Assembly: GCA_028534125.1 (NCBI GenBank)
Contig: CM052831.1
Coordinates: 558,001 to 622,000 of the forward strand
Origin: Lama glama
Taxonomy: Eukaryota
Direction: 5' to 3'
Length of the DNA: 64,000 nt
Shown here: in pieces, positions 35,501 through 46,379 of the stretch
Layout of the letters: every line of letters starts with the position of its first letter
Numbering within the stretch: the first letter of the stretch is position 1
Notes under the pieces: generated by a model
Database searches by the model: none
Told to the model about the DNA's origin: nothing
Seen by the model: only the letters and a program-made list of their open reading frames with translations
Program-made: the position numbers and the translations under genes

Positions 35501-38037
35501 GGCCGCACCCGACCCCCAGACTGTGAGCTGGCCAGTGCTGGTGTCCCGAGTCACTACGTTTGGGTGACTTGTCGTGCAACGTAGGACACTAACACCCAGG
35601 CCTTGGGGCACAGGTGGGGAGGGGGACCATTCGGGAGCGGCCTTGGTGCTGGACTTGGCCACGGGGGCCTGAGGAGGAGGGTGGGGAGAGCAGACGGCCA
35701 TGACGGTCCAGACGCCCCTCAGCACCGCGGGCACCCACGCTTCTCGTACGGAACATCCTCCTCTGGGCGTGTGCACCCAATGGTGGGATGGAGGTGTTTG
35801 ATTGCCCCAAACTGTGACAGTGAAGCCTGGGGATGTTTCATTTTGAGAAAAACCTTGCTCTGACCCTTTGAAGGAAGACCCGCCCCGAGGGCAGGGCTGG
35901 GCCAGGTCCCTGGGGACTTAGGCCCCTTTCCGCGGGGTGTCGAGAGCTCAGTGCACCAGCCCCCACCACAGCTATGTCTGAGCCTGGGCTTGGGAACAGC
36001 TGCCCCGAGCACTCTGGGCGAGCCTGTGGGGGCCTCTCAGTCTGGGAAGGCCCGGGGAGCTAGTCCCTGGGCCTCAGGGAGGATCGTGCGGGTGCAGCTG
36101 GTGGAGGTGGACGGGCACCCCCTCCCCCCGCTGAGAAAAGGCAGCTGAGGTTCAGTGGGGGGCGAGGGCGGGGAGGTGCTGTCGGGTGGCTCAGGAAGAG
36201 GGCAGGGAGGTGCCAACACAGGACCAGGCATGGCAGGAGAAGAAGGGACCTTGTTACGACAAGCGACAGAAGATTTTGAAACAAGGGGTTTAAAGAGACG
36301 TAACGGAGATGGGAACTTCCAAACGTAAAACGTCGTAAGGTAGAAGAGTTGAGAATGAGATGTGTGGTAAAAAGATGGACGGCAAGAAACCAGCGAGATG
36401 CGGGAGCGGAGGGGAGCGAAGCTCAGGAACGAGGGTGAGGTTAGCGTCCACAAAATGACGCTTTAAGTGCGTGAAGCTGTAGCTCGAACACTAGAACTAA
36501 GGGCTGAGTTGTTACGACTGAAGATGAACACAAAACGCAGTGAGAGGACCGCACTTTAAACCGCCCCCTCCGGGTCCACAAAAGCAGCCCAGCCGTCTTC
36601 AGTGTGAACGAGAGCAGGAGGGAAAGGTGAAAGGTGATGAGTTAAGTAAGGAAAGCATGACTGCAGGGAGGCCGGGTCGAGCCCCGCGCGTCAGTGAAGC
36701 GACGCAAAGGCACTGAGCTGAGAGCTGTGAGTAAAACCCCAGTTCTCCTTCAAAAGCCCACACCCCCAAGGCGGGGGGCGTTTCCAGAAACAAGCAAAGC
36801 CCTCTGCTCCTCACCCCTGTGCCTGGGCCCAGGGCACCCCGTCCATCCACTGGAGCAGCTCCCAGGCTGCGGTCACTAACCCCGGCCACCTCGTCATCCC
36901 TGCAGCCGCAGCCCCTCCCGCTGAGTGAGGACCCTGTTCCCCAGACCGCAGCCGCTGGGCTGTGCTGGTTGTGTGATGGACAGATGGACAGACAGACAGA
37001 CAGGACGAGGGTGCAGGAGGTGGAGGCTCTCGGCTGCGAGCCAGCCTGGGCCCCGGGAGCGGGAGGTGGATGCTGTTGGCCGGGGCTGCTACTCGGCCTC
37101 TCAGGACACAGGCACCTGGGGCTGGCCCTCTGCCTGCTCGCTGCCCATGTTGGGTGCGGGGCAGTGGGGAGACGCCGTGCCCTTGACCACCATAGGGTGG
37201 AGGCTGGCAGACTGAAGGCGGGCGGGGGTGGCTGGTTGGCCTGGGCTGAGAACCCCTTACCCCGGCCCTGGCCCCGCCCAGACCTCGCAGGGAGGTCCAG
37301 GGAGCGCCCCCTACTCCAAGGCCCCCGATCCCAGTCCTTCCCCTGGGAGAGACATTTCATCAAAGCTCTTGGTTCCTGAGCTCAGAGGCAGGAGGGTGGC
37401 CCTGGGAGCCCTGGACCTCAGGCCGTCACGCTACTTGTCCAGGACTGGACGCTGCTCTGAGATTTCCCAGGACTCGGTGAGGCGTAGCTGGGGTGGGGAG
37501 CTGGGGGTGTCCCTGATGTGCGGGCATGGCAGGGGGCAGCGTGGGGCCTGCAGGAATAGGGGTCAGAGGGTGGGCAGGGGTATCTCTCGTCACTGAAGAC
37601 GCACAGCCCCTCTCTTGCCCTCTGCAGCTCTTATCTTTGTGTGATTTTAAAACAGTTGATGTATTTACATGGTTTAAAAACAAGGGCATGCATGCTGGGC
37701 TGTTCCTGCTCCTCTGCGGCCCTGAGGGACACGTGGACAGCCTCATCTGGATTGCTTTTTGCTTGGGGGCAGGTCTGCAGGTGGGACCAGGGGGGTGGCA
37801 CCCCGGTGTCTCTCACAGGGGTGCCCCACGAGGCCCCCCAGCAGCAGCCTAGGTGTGTGTGTCCCGTGTTCTTGCCGAGAAAGCACACTTCAAACACCTG
37901 GAGATCTGCCCGTCTAACAGGGAAGCACACCGGGAAAATACAAGGAGCTGGCTTTCCTTGTCGTCTAGGGCGGCTTTCTCAGCAAGCGATGGCAGGAGGA
38001 GTTGTCTGTTGACCAGAGCCTGACAGGCTTGCATAAC

Positions 38038-38520
38038 CGTGTGCCCGCGTGCACGTGTGTGGGTGTGTGTGTGCAGGTGTGTGTGTGCACGTGTGGGGGT
38101 GCATGCACGTGTGGGGGTGTGTGTGCATGTGTATTGGTGTGTGCACGTGTTGGTGTGTGCGTGCACATGTGGGTTGTGCGTGCATGTGTGTGGGTGTGCA
38201 TGTGCACGTGTGTGGGTGTGTGTGTTCACGTGTGGGTGTGTGCACATGTGTGGGTGTGTGCGTGCATGTGTGTGGGTGTGTGCGTGCACGTGTGGGTGTG
38301 GGTGTGTGCACATGTGGGTGTGTGCGTGCACGTGTGGGTGTGCATGTGCACGTGTGTGGGTGTGTGCACATGTGTGGGTGTGTGCGTGCACGTGTGGGTG
38401 TGTGCGTGCCCGTGTGTGGGTGTGTGTTCACGTGTGGGTGTGTGCACATGTGTGGGTGTGTGCGTGCACGTGTGGGTGTGTGCGTGCACGTGTATTGGTA
38501 TGGTCTTGCACGTGTGTGTC
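38038..38520. repeat. Compound (TG)n / GTGTGCACGTGTGG minisatellite
   Basis: About 480 bp of TG/CA alternation with recurrent GCACGTGTGGGTGTGT units. Confidence 0.95.
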
Positions 38521-38869
38521 TTATCAGAGCATGTCCACGTCTGGACTCAGGGCTGATCAAGGAGGCTTAATCTAACACAGAGCCCACTGCCCTCTGGGGA
38601 GGGTGTGAGTGCACTCAGCCCTGCTCCCCAATATAAGCTGGGGGCCTGGCGGGTGGGTCTGCACCATGGGGACCAGCTCCAGAGGGGGAAACGGTGACTG
38701 CAGGGCGGGGTGGGGCGGGGTGATGGCACAGCTGAGGCTGGGCCGTGGGGGTGGCTCGGCCCTGGCAGGAAGCATGCTGAGAGGGCTGCTCCCTGGAGGC
38801 CAGAGCAGCCCCCACTCTCCAGGGAGGTGTGCCAGGGCGGACAGCGCGCATCAGGCCTCACCCGTCGTA

Positions 38870-39362
38870 GTGGTTCCAGCAGTAGCTTTTAGAGTTTCTG
38901 CAACTGAGGGTGGGCAGGTTCAGCTGCTGGGGTGACTGGTCTGGTCGGGTCTAGGCTGAGCTGGGCTGAACTGGGCTGGGCTGGTCTACACTGCGCTGGG
39001 CTGGGCTGGGCTGAGCTGGGCTGAGCTTGCTCAAGCACCAGTGGTCCGTTGCTGGGTCATCTGGGGCTGGCTGGTCTGGGATGGTCCTGCTGGGACAGCT
39101 GGCTCCCTCTTCTGGGCCTCCCATTCTCCAACGGGCAGGCCCGGGCTTGTCCTCGGACAGAGGCTGGCCCTGAGAGAGACATGTGGGCCCGGCATTGGCA
39201 CAGGGTCGTGCCCCCCACCCCCTCTACTGGCCAGCATGAGTCCCAGGCCAGCTTCATGGGTGGGGAATGGACTCCACCCCTTGATGGAGGTGCTGCATGG
39301 TCACACTGCCCAGGGTGTGGACACGGGGAGGGCTGGCCGCAGGCTGTAATCCATCTGCTACA
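38870..39362 (-). mobile_element. MLT1G/H-like LTR carrying a GGGCT/GAGCT pentamer run (38953-39028)
   Basis: GCAGGCCCGGGCTTGTCCTC...ACTGGCCAGCATGAGTCCCAGGCCAGC...GACTCCACCCCTTGATGG. Confidence 0.6.
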
Positions 39363-40439
39363 GCAGGACAGGCACACGGGCTCTCTGTGCAGAGCTGACT
39401 GCCAGCACTCAGCTCTCAGCACACAGCCGGGGCAGGACGTGGCTGCTGCCCTGGGAGGGGGGAGGCATGGATGCAGCCCAGCAGCGGGAGCCCAGTGGGA
39501 CGTGATGGGAAATGTGAGGAGGATCCCTGAGGAGAGGTTTGGGCTGGGGTTTGAAGCGTGCATAGGAGTTCACCTGTGGCAGTGGGGGCAGGGCAGGGGC
39601 CACCTGACCCCGGGGCCCGCGTCCTGGGCCTGGGATCAGAAGGCAGGGGAAACCAGCCCTGAGCGGAGGCGCGGGGAGCCGGCACTCACGCTGCCAGCGC
39701 CCTGAGCCCTGGTCCTGCACCGGCTGCCCAGCCCAGGCAGCCCAGGGATTAACAGACGTTGTTGGGATTTCTGCTGCCAGTCAAGTTCAAGTGCATTTTT
39801 AAGAGCTTAATTTGCAGCCCTAGGTTTCGAATAAAATCATCAAGTCCAGTCGATTAAACTCATTAAGGCGGGTGGACTGGCTGGCGTTCGCGCTGCCATC
39901 AGACCCGGAGAATTAATTAGGGGCCTGTTATCCTTTGTCCGGATTAGCGGAGCAGCCCAGGGGCCGGGGTTTCACTAAAAGACAGGCCCGTAATCTCTTT
40001 AGCGGGCCCCGGGAGACAGCTCCGGGCGGCTTCTGTGAGCGGGAAGCACCATGCTGGGTGTCTCTGATCCCACGGCAGACCCGCGAGCGGGGCTGGGGGC
40101 TGCAGGGACCCCGTCCTGGGTGGCACGTCGGGGCGCATGGCCCGCACACGCCGCCCTGACCTCACCATGACCTAGGAGGAGGGAGCCGACGTGGACAGCG
40201 CCTGGGGGCACCTTGCTTCGCAGTAGTGCCGCCCACCCCAACTGGTGGGATTGCACGGCTCCGTCTCCTTGTTAACCAGGCCGTGTGGCCAGGCTAGCCG
40301 CCAAGTGCATCCTAATCCCTCACGGAGGCTGTGGGCGGGTCATTGATTGGTGTCTGAGGGGACGCGTGAGCCACCAAGAGCCAGGCAAAGCCACATGAGG
40401 GGCCTGGTATAGCCCAGGGTTAAGCAACATTCTGGAACT

Positions 40440-40635
40440 GCCAGGCTGGGCCGGCACCACCTGAAATGCAAGCCAGCCCTGGGGAGAGTGGAGACAGAGA
40501 TGACTCTCTAGTGAGTGGGGGAGCGTCTGGATCTAGCCATACCTGAAGCGTCCCCTTGGGCTTTTCAGTTACATGAGCCAGTCCTTTGCTCCTTTTCTTC
40601 TTAAGCCCACTGAAACCAAAAGGGTCCTGATAAAT
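40440..40635 (+). mobile_element. MLT1J/K-like LTR 3' part
   Basis: CTGGATCTAGCCATACCTGAAG...CTTTTCAGTTACATGAGCCA. Confidence 0.65.
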
Positions 40636-40711
40636 CAGCCCAGATCTCAGGCCACCTCCCTTCCAAGCACTGGAGCTGGGAATGAATTGAGAGGATCTTT
40701 TCTTCTCTTCC

Positions 40712-40790
40712 CTCCCATTTTTTATTGAGGAAACTGAGGCTCAGAGAGATGGGAGGCGACTGGCCTAAGGCTGGTGAGGATGTTAATGGT
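40712..40790. mobile_element. MIR SINE core
   Basis: CCCATTTTTTATTGAGGAAACTGAGGCTCAGAGAG. Confidence 0.75.
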
Positions 40791-41449
40791 CTCCTAATGC
40801 CTGCCTTCCTGCGGGGTCTGGCTAGGCCAGTATGGGGTGAGATTTAGTGGGACCCTCACCAGGAGTGTTGAGTGGCCAGACAGCGGAAGGAATAAGACCT
40901 CGCAGAGGAGGGCGGGAGGCGGAACTCCCCAGGAGGGGCCCCCACCCGTCCATACCTCCCGCTGCTCCTGCCCCAGCCTCAGTTCTCAGTGCGGCACCTG
41001 GGGAGTGTTTACGGGTTGTAAGTCAGAGCCGGCTGCTCAGCCTGCTTGGAAGCTGTTGAAGAAGCTCAGGCTGCAGCTCAGAGGCCTCGCTGAGGCCTGT
41101 GTTCTGGCGTCGCGGGAAACACCCCGTGGAGACACACGGGCCATGCGCCCGGTGGTTCTGTGTGCCAGGACCTGAGAAGGACCTTGGGACAGCTTGCCTC
41201 TGCTCTGCAGGCCGGGGCTCAGCTGGGACTGTCCACACGTGGCTTCCTCCCAGCGTGGTGGCCAGGAGCCACAGGGACGTGGGACCCCGTGGAGGCTGCT
41301 AGGCCCTCTCTGACCCAGCCCCAGAGGTCATGTCGCAGGATGCTTGCACTGCACACTGTTGGCTGAGGACGGTCAAGGTGGGGTGCAGATGGTGGGGTGG
41401 CCATGTCCCCCCACAGGAGAGACCTGGTGTGTGTGTCCGAGGGAGGTAC

Positions 41450-41640
41450 CTCACTCCACTCCCTGCACCTCTTTCCAAATCTCCCTTCTTTCCTCCCCTC
41501 AAACATGCTGGGTCACCGTCTCAGGGCCTTTGCACTTGCTGTGTTGTCTCCACGTGGCTGGCTCTGTCCACTCCCACAGTTCTGAGCTCAAATGTTGCCT
41601 CCTTAGAGAGGCCCCGTCTGACTATCATTCTAATCACCGC
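41450..41640 (+). mobile_element. L2 3' fragment
   Basis: CTCAGGGCCTTTGCACTTGCTGT...CTCAAATGTTGCCTCCTTAGAGAGGCC. Confidence 0.7.
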
Positions 41641-41663
41641 CCCTCTCCAGGAACGCTCCACGA

Positions 41664-42185
41664 AGCACCGTCCAGGAGGAGGCCCATGCAAGCCACATAC
41701 ATAATTTAGCATTTCACCCGTTTAAGCCCCTGAAAAATAATTTAAATGTATTTATATATTTACATATATTATCTATTTATATTTATCTTTGATTTATTTT
41801 ATTTAACCTAACGTGTCTGTGATACCATTCAGTATATAATTAACATAGAAATATTCACGAGATGTTCTTACAGTCTTTTTACTGTGCTGAGTCTTTGAAA
41901 TCCAGTGTTGTTTTGTGTTATTGCCATGTCAGTTCAGAGGCTGAAGTGGAAGTACTTGGCCTGCGCTCTGATGTGATAAAACGCACTGCTGGGATGTATC
42001 TGTCCAGGTTGTTCCAAATGCCTTCACTGATTGGAGCTTCAGTTCTACATTTAAAGGACTTGAAATTCCATAAAAGGACAGCCCAGGCGCTGGGTCTCAC
42101 CGGCCACATCCGCACACTCAGGAGTCACGTTCAGCAGGAACAGAACGTCCTGCCGTCACGCAGGAGGCCCTCCTGGACGGAGCTG
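41664..42185. mobile_element. hAT-Charlie MITE (MER33/MER3/Charlie5 family)
   Basis: GCAAGCCACATACATAATTT...TTTTATTTAACC...GTCTTTGAAATCCAGTGT; inverted termini; CTCTAGAA target-like flank on the right. Confidence 0.7.
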
Positions 42186-45100
42186 CTCTAGAACGTTCCC
42201 TGTGCTCCGGCCCCACCTGCGTCCGCCTCCCCCTGCTTGTCTCCCCTGCCCCCTCTAGGCCGAGAGCTCCACGCGGACAGGGCCTCTGAGCCAGGTTCCT
42301 GCTGGGAGAGCAGTGCCTGGTAAACGTGAAAACTAAACCCGGGCCCAGGCTGCCCTCCTCAGCATACCTCCGCGTGGCTTTTAGACTCACAGAGGAGGAG
42401 GCTTAGAGAGGCACAGCCACTTCCCCAAGGTCACATGGCCTCACAGAGCATCCGCCCACCAGGGGAGATGGGCACGAGCCGAGTGAGGAGAGAGACTCCG
42501 CAGAAGGCTGGACGATCGTCCTGAGCTGCCTCACTAGTTCCAGGGACAGTAGGGACAGTAAATTAACACAAAGTGGCCCAAGAAAAGGAAGCACTTACGG
42601 GGTCTCAAGGCAGAAAATGGGGAGGCTCTGGAGCTGGAGGGGGCCGGGGCCAGTTCTTCTGTGGGGCCCCCAGGCCTCTCCCATCCCTGGGCTCTGCTCT
42701 GGGGAAGCTCCGCTGGCCAAGACAATGCCAGGCTGTAGCCACCTCAGCCAGTCCAGCAAAACAGAAAAAGGGAGACTCTCTTTCCTCCAGCAGCCACCGA
42801 AGTCCCAGGACCGTGCCTGCCTGGCTCCAGTGGAGTCACACGCCCATGGCTGAGTGCTGATTCTCAAGGAAACAGGCCAGGCTGGGTCACACCCGGGAAC
42901 TGGGGATGAAGGACATGCCAAGAAAATCACGTGGCCCAAGAGCTGGGGGTCCCCTTGAACGCTTGGGGCAGTCACCATGCACGCCAGGCTGGCAAAGACC
43001 ACGGAAGCCCCGAGGGCCATGGGCAGGAAGAAGGGGTGCGTTCGAGGAGGGGGAGGGGCAATGGCAGGGCCCCCGGGGTCAGGGGGGCAGGTACAGAGCC
43101 TGAGGCCCCGTGGGTCCTAGGCGTGACAGCACTCTGCAAACTGAGGTCCTCCTGCAGCCTGCGGTCAGGATGCCCGGGCAGGGGTGGGCGCCCTGGGGTC
43201 ACCTCCATCTGTCAGGCACCCACTTCGCCTGCCCCACGTTTGAGAGGGTTGGAACACGTGGTCGCTGGCTGCAGTGACTGGCTCAGAGGTGGGCTGTCAG
43301 GTGTGGGAAGGACTCCTTCCATGTGTGGTGCTGGAGATCATGGGCCGGGGCAGAAGCTGGCAGGTGGACAAGGCTGGGTCGAGAGCAGGGGGTGAGAGGG
43401 CAGAGCGTGTGCGTGCTGAGGATGCCCCTGAGCCTCACCTGAAGTTTGCACTCCCTTTGGGCCTCCAAGCACGTGGAGCGACAGTGGAGGGGCCTGGGTG
43501 TGAGCTGGCTCCCAGCGGATGGGCTGAGCCTGGCCTGGGATCCCAGCTCCCTGTGCGCCGGCCCAGAGGCGGCCTGCCGGGAGCTCAGCACTGTGGACGC
43601 TCCCCTCCTTCCACAGGGCCCGACCCCCTTCTCTCCCCGGTTGTCCCCCTGGCTTGTGCCTGGAGAGCGGGATGAGAGCCCTTCACAGGGCTGCGTGTGC
43701 GTGTAGTGTGTGGTGTGCAGCGTGGCGCGCTGTCCGCTGATCTGGGTCTGCCCACCTGGGCCCACGGTGAGGTTTTGGAGCTCACTCAGCACGGGGCCTG
43801 GCTTAGCGAGGACCCTGAGCAACACTCAAGTTCAGGCGCTGCCCGAGGCACGTTCCCTCGGCCGGCTCGACCGTCCTGACCGCAGCCCGGGGCCAGTGCA
43901 GTCAGTGTTCCCGGGAGGACGCCAGTCTCCCAGAGCCGCAGCCGCTCACCAGCCTCCCTGGCGAGGCCACCTCGCCCGCTCTGCCCGGAGGCTGCCCACC
44001 GCCACCTGCTCTGCAGCAGCCTCTCCTCGGCCCCTCCCTTCTTCTCCCCGGGAAGCTACCTCCCGGGTCCTTTCCTCTTGGCTGATCAGCGGGCCTGGAA
44101 ACTCTCCTCTGGTGGTTTCCTTAGCAACTGGCTCAAAGGCCGCTGCCTTCTGATCTGAAACCCAGCTCTTCCAAGGCCCAGCCAGCACCCCTGGCGTCGG
44201 GCTGAGGACTGGGGTCCACAGCCACCCTCTGGTCAAGTAGGCGATGCTTCCCGCAGAGCCCAGGGCAGTGGGTGGACCTGCAGAGGGACTCTGGGTTCAA
44301 AGACTGTGGGCATGGGGGGGTACTGGCCAGAGCTGACCATCTGCTGTGGGCTGGAGCAGGGAGGTGGCCCCCACAGGTGACCGCTGGTGACCCAGGCACC
44401 AGGCAACCAGAGTAGGCACCATGTCGGCCCCCGGGGAGTGAGCACTCCCTTCCCCTGTGCAGAGGAGGCAGCAGACTCGGGGGTCCATGACGTGGGCCTG
44501 GGCAGCCCTTCCCTTCTGGGGTGGGCCATCTGGGCACCGAGCTCAGGGCCGAGCCAGCCCCCACCTGTGAGCACTGGATGGTCAGAGCTGTGTGCTGGGC
44601 CTGTCCCCCGACCTGCAACAGCCCTGAGCCCAGACCCCCTCCCCCAAGCCTAGCAGGCCCCAGCCCTCCCCCTGGGGTAAGGCAGTGAGGGGAAGACCCC
44701 CACTCCTGAAGGCTGAGGTTTGCCCTCGTTACTGAACCAAACTTGGGTCCGCTCGCCTGCTCGTGGCAAAGCCAATCTACTGACCGCGGGCGGCAGTGAA
44801 GGAAAGTACCGCGTTGACTGCAGGTGCCCAGCAAGGAGAATGGTCAGCTAGTGCCCCAAAGCCCCGACCTCCCCGATGGTTCCCAGGGAGATCTTTAAAG
44901 TCTGCGGGGAGCGAGCAGTGCGTGCACGGTTGTCAGGCTGGTCAGCATCAAGGTGGCGTTTCCAGCGTCACCTGTCTTCCAGTTCCCGCCGGTCTGGGGT
45001 CTCCATGCTCAGGGCCAGACTTTCCATGGGGAAAGAGCAGTAGCTTAGGAGTGTGCGCCAGGGAGCAGGGGTAAGGGGGCCGGCGACCCTGCTGTGTGGC

Positions 45101-46009
45101 GGGCCTGTAGCCAAGCTGTCACCAGTGCCCTGGCCCAACAGCTCTTCTTTGTCTCCCCATCTTCACGCTTCGTGATCATTACCCCCTGAGCCAGCCTTTC
45201 TAAGACTCGGGGAGTAAGAGCCTTTTACTCCACAGCACAGGGCCACAGAGGCTTGTATACCATTTCAAGCTCCTGCCAGACCCCCAGACTCTTTGCACGC
45301 CCACCCCCAACCCCAGAAGTGGCCAGCCACTCCCCTGGGATGGGGGCCCAACAGCTCAGCCCCGCCGTGGGTGGGAGTCGGTGACACTGAGCTGCCCACT
45401 CCGTGTCCCTCGTGTCACTGTCCCCCTCAGTGGGAGGAAGGCCACCTCTCTGTGCCGCCGTGTGGGTCTCTCCTTGTCAGGAGCCTCCAGAGACGGCAGG
45501 AAAGAGGTTTAATTACAGCCTGCCCTGGTGCCCCCATGGCACTGACCCGCCCTGGCCATGCCCCAGGGTTGGCACGCTTTAATTATAAATAAAGAGCTGC
45601 TCCCAGGAGCCCCAGTCAGTCTGTCTGCCTCCTGCTGGTGGGGGGGTGGCCAGCTGACTGTCCGCGGGCGGGCGTGGGATCTGTGCCTTCGCAGTGATGG
45701 GCAGAGGTTAGCAGTCAGCACATGGGGATGGTTTGGGCCAAGTTGCTGGGTTATTCTCTGATCCATTTACTGCAAACACCAGAAAACGTGGGCCCTGAAA
45801 CTGCCCTTTCCTGAAACCCACCTCCTTGGGGTGGTCCACCTCAGTTTCATCCATCCTTGGCACACCTGCAAGCCACACCAGTCCTGCTGGGGCAGCTCTG
45901 CCACTGGGCCACGAGGCTGTGGCCAAACAAGACCAGAGCCAGTGCTGGCTGGGCAGCCCCAGTCCTCCCGCCGAACACAGAGCCTTGTCTCTGGGCAGTG
46001 CAGTGTGGG

Positions 46010-46100
46010 GGCTGAGCCCACCAGCTCCTGGCTGTGTGGCCTTGGGCAGCACACCCAACCTCCCTGAGCCAGGTCCTCATCTGAACAGTGGGGAGAGGCC
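46010..46100. mobile_element. MIR SINE
   Basis: GCTGTGTGGCCTTGGGCAG...AACCTCCCTGAGCC...CCTCATCTG. Confidence 0.7.
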
Positions 46101-46379
46101 GGGCAGCCTCTCTCGAGGACTGACTGGAGGGCACAGCGGAATCCCAGGGGGTGGCCCCATCCTACCATGGACTGCCTCCCACTACCAGTGCCTGCGTCCC
46201 TCTGCTCCGTTGCCTGAGCTCCCGGTCCTGGGCCACACCGGCTTAGCAGCCTGGGGACAGGGCAGCCTGGAAAGTCAGGGTTCAAGGCCCCCAGGAGCGG
46301 CCCTCAGTCAGGGGAGCACGTGAGCTAGAAGACGAGGGCCCGCTGCCCTGTCCTGCAGCCCACAGGGCAGGTCTTTCTA

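Noticed and set aside
37849-38575. His/Thr- and Cys/Val-rich ORFs
   Set aside because: Translations of the TG minisatellite
38953-39028. GAGCT/GGGCT pentamers resembling an immunoglobulin switch region
   Set aside because: Only ~75 bp, inside an MLT1 LTR, and no Ig exons nearby
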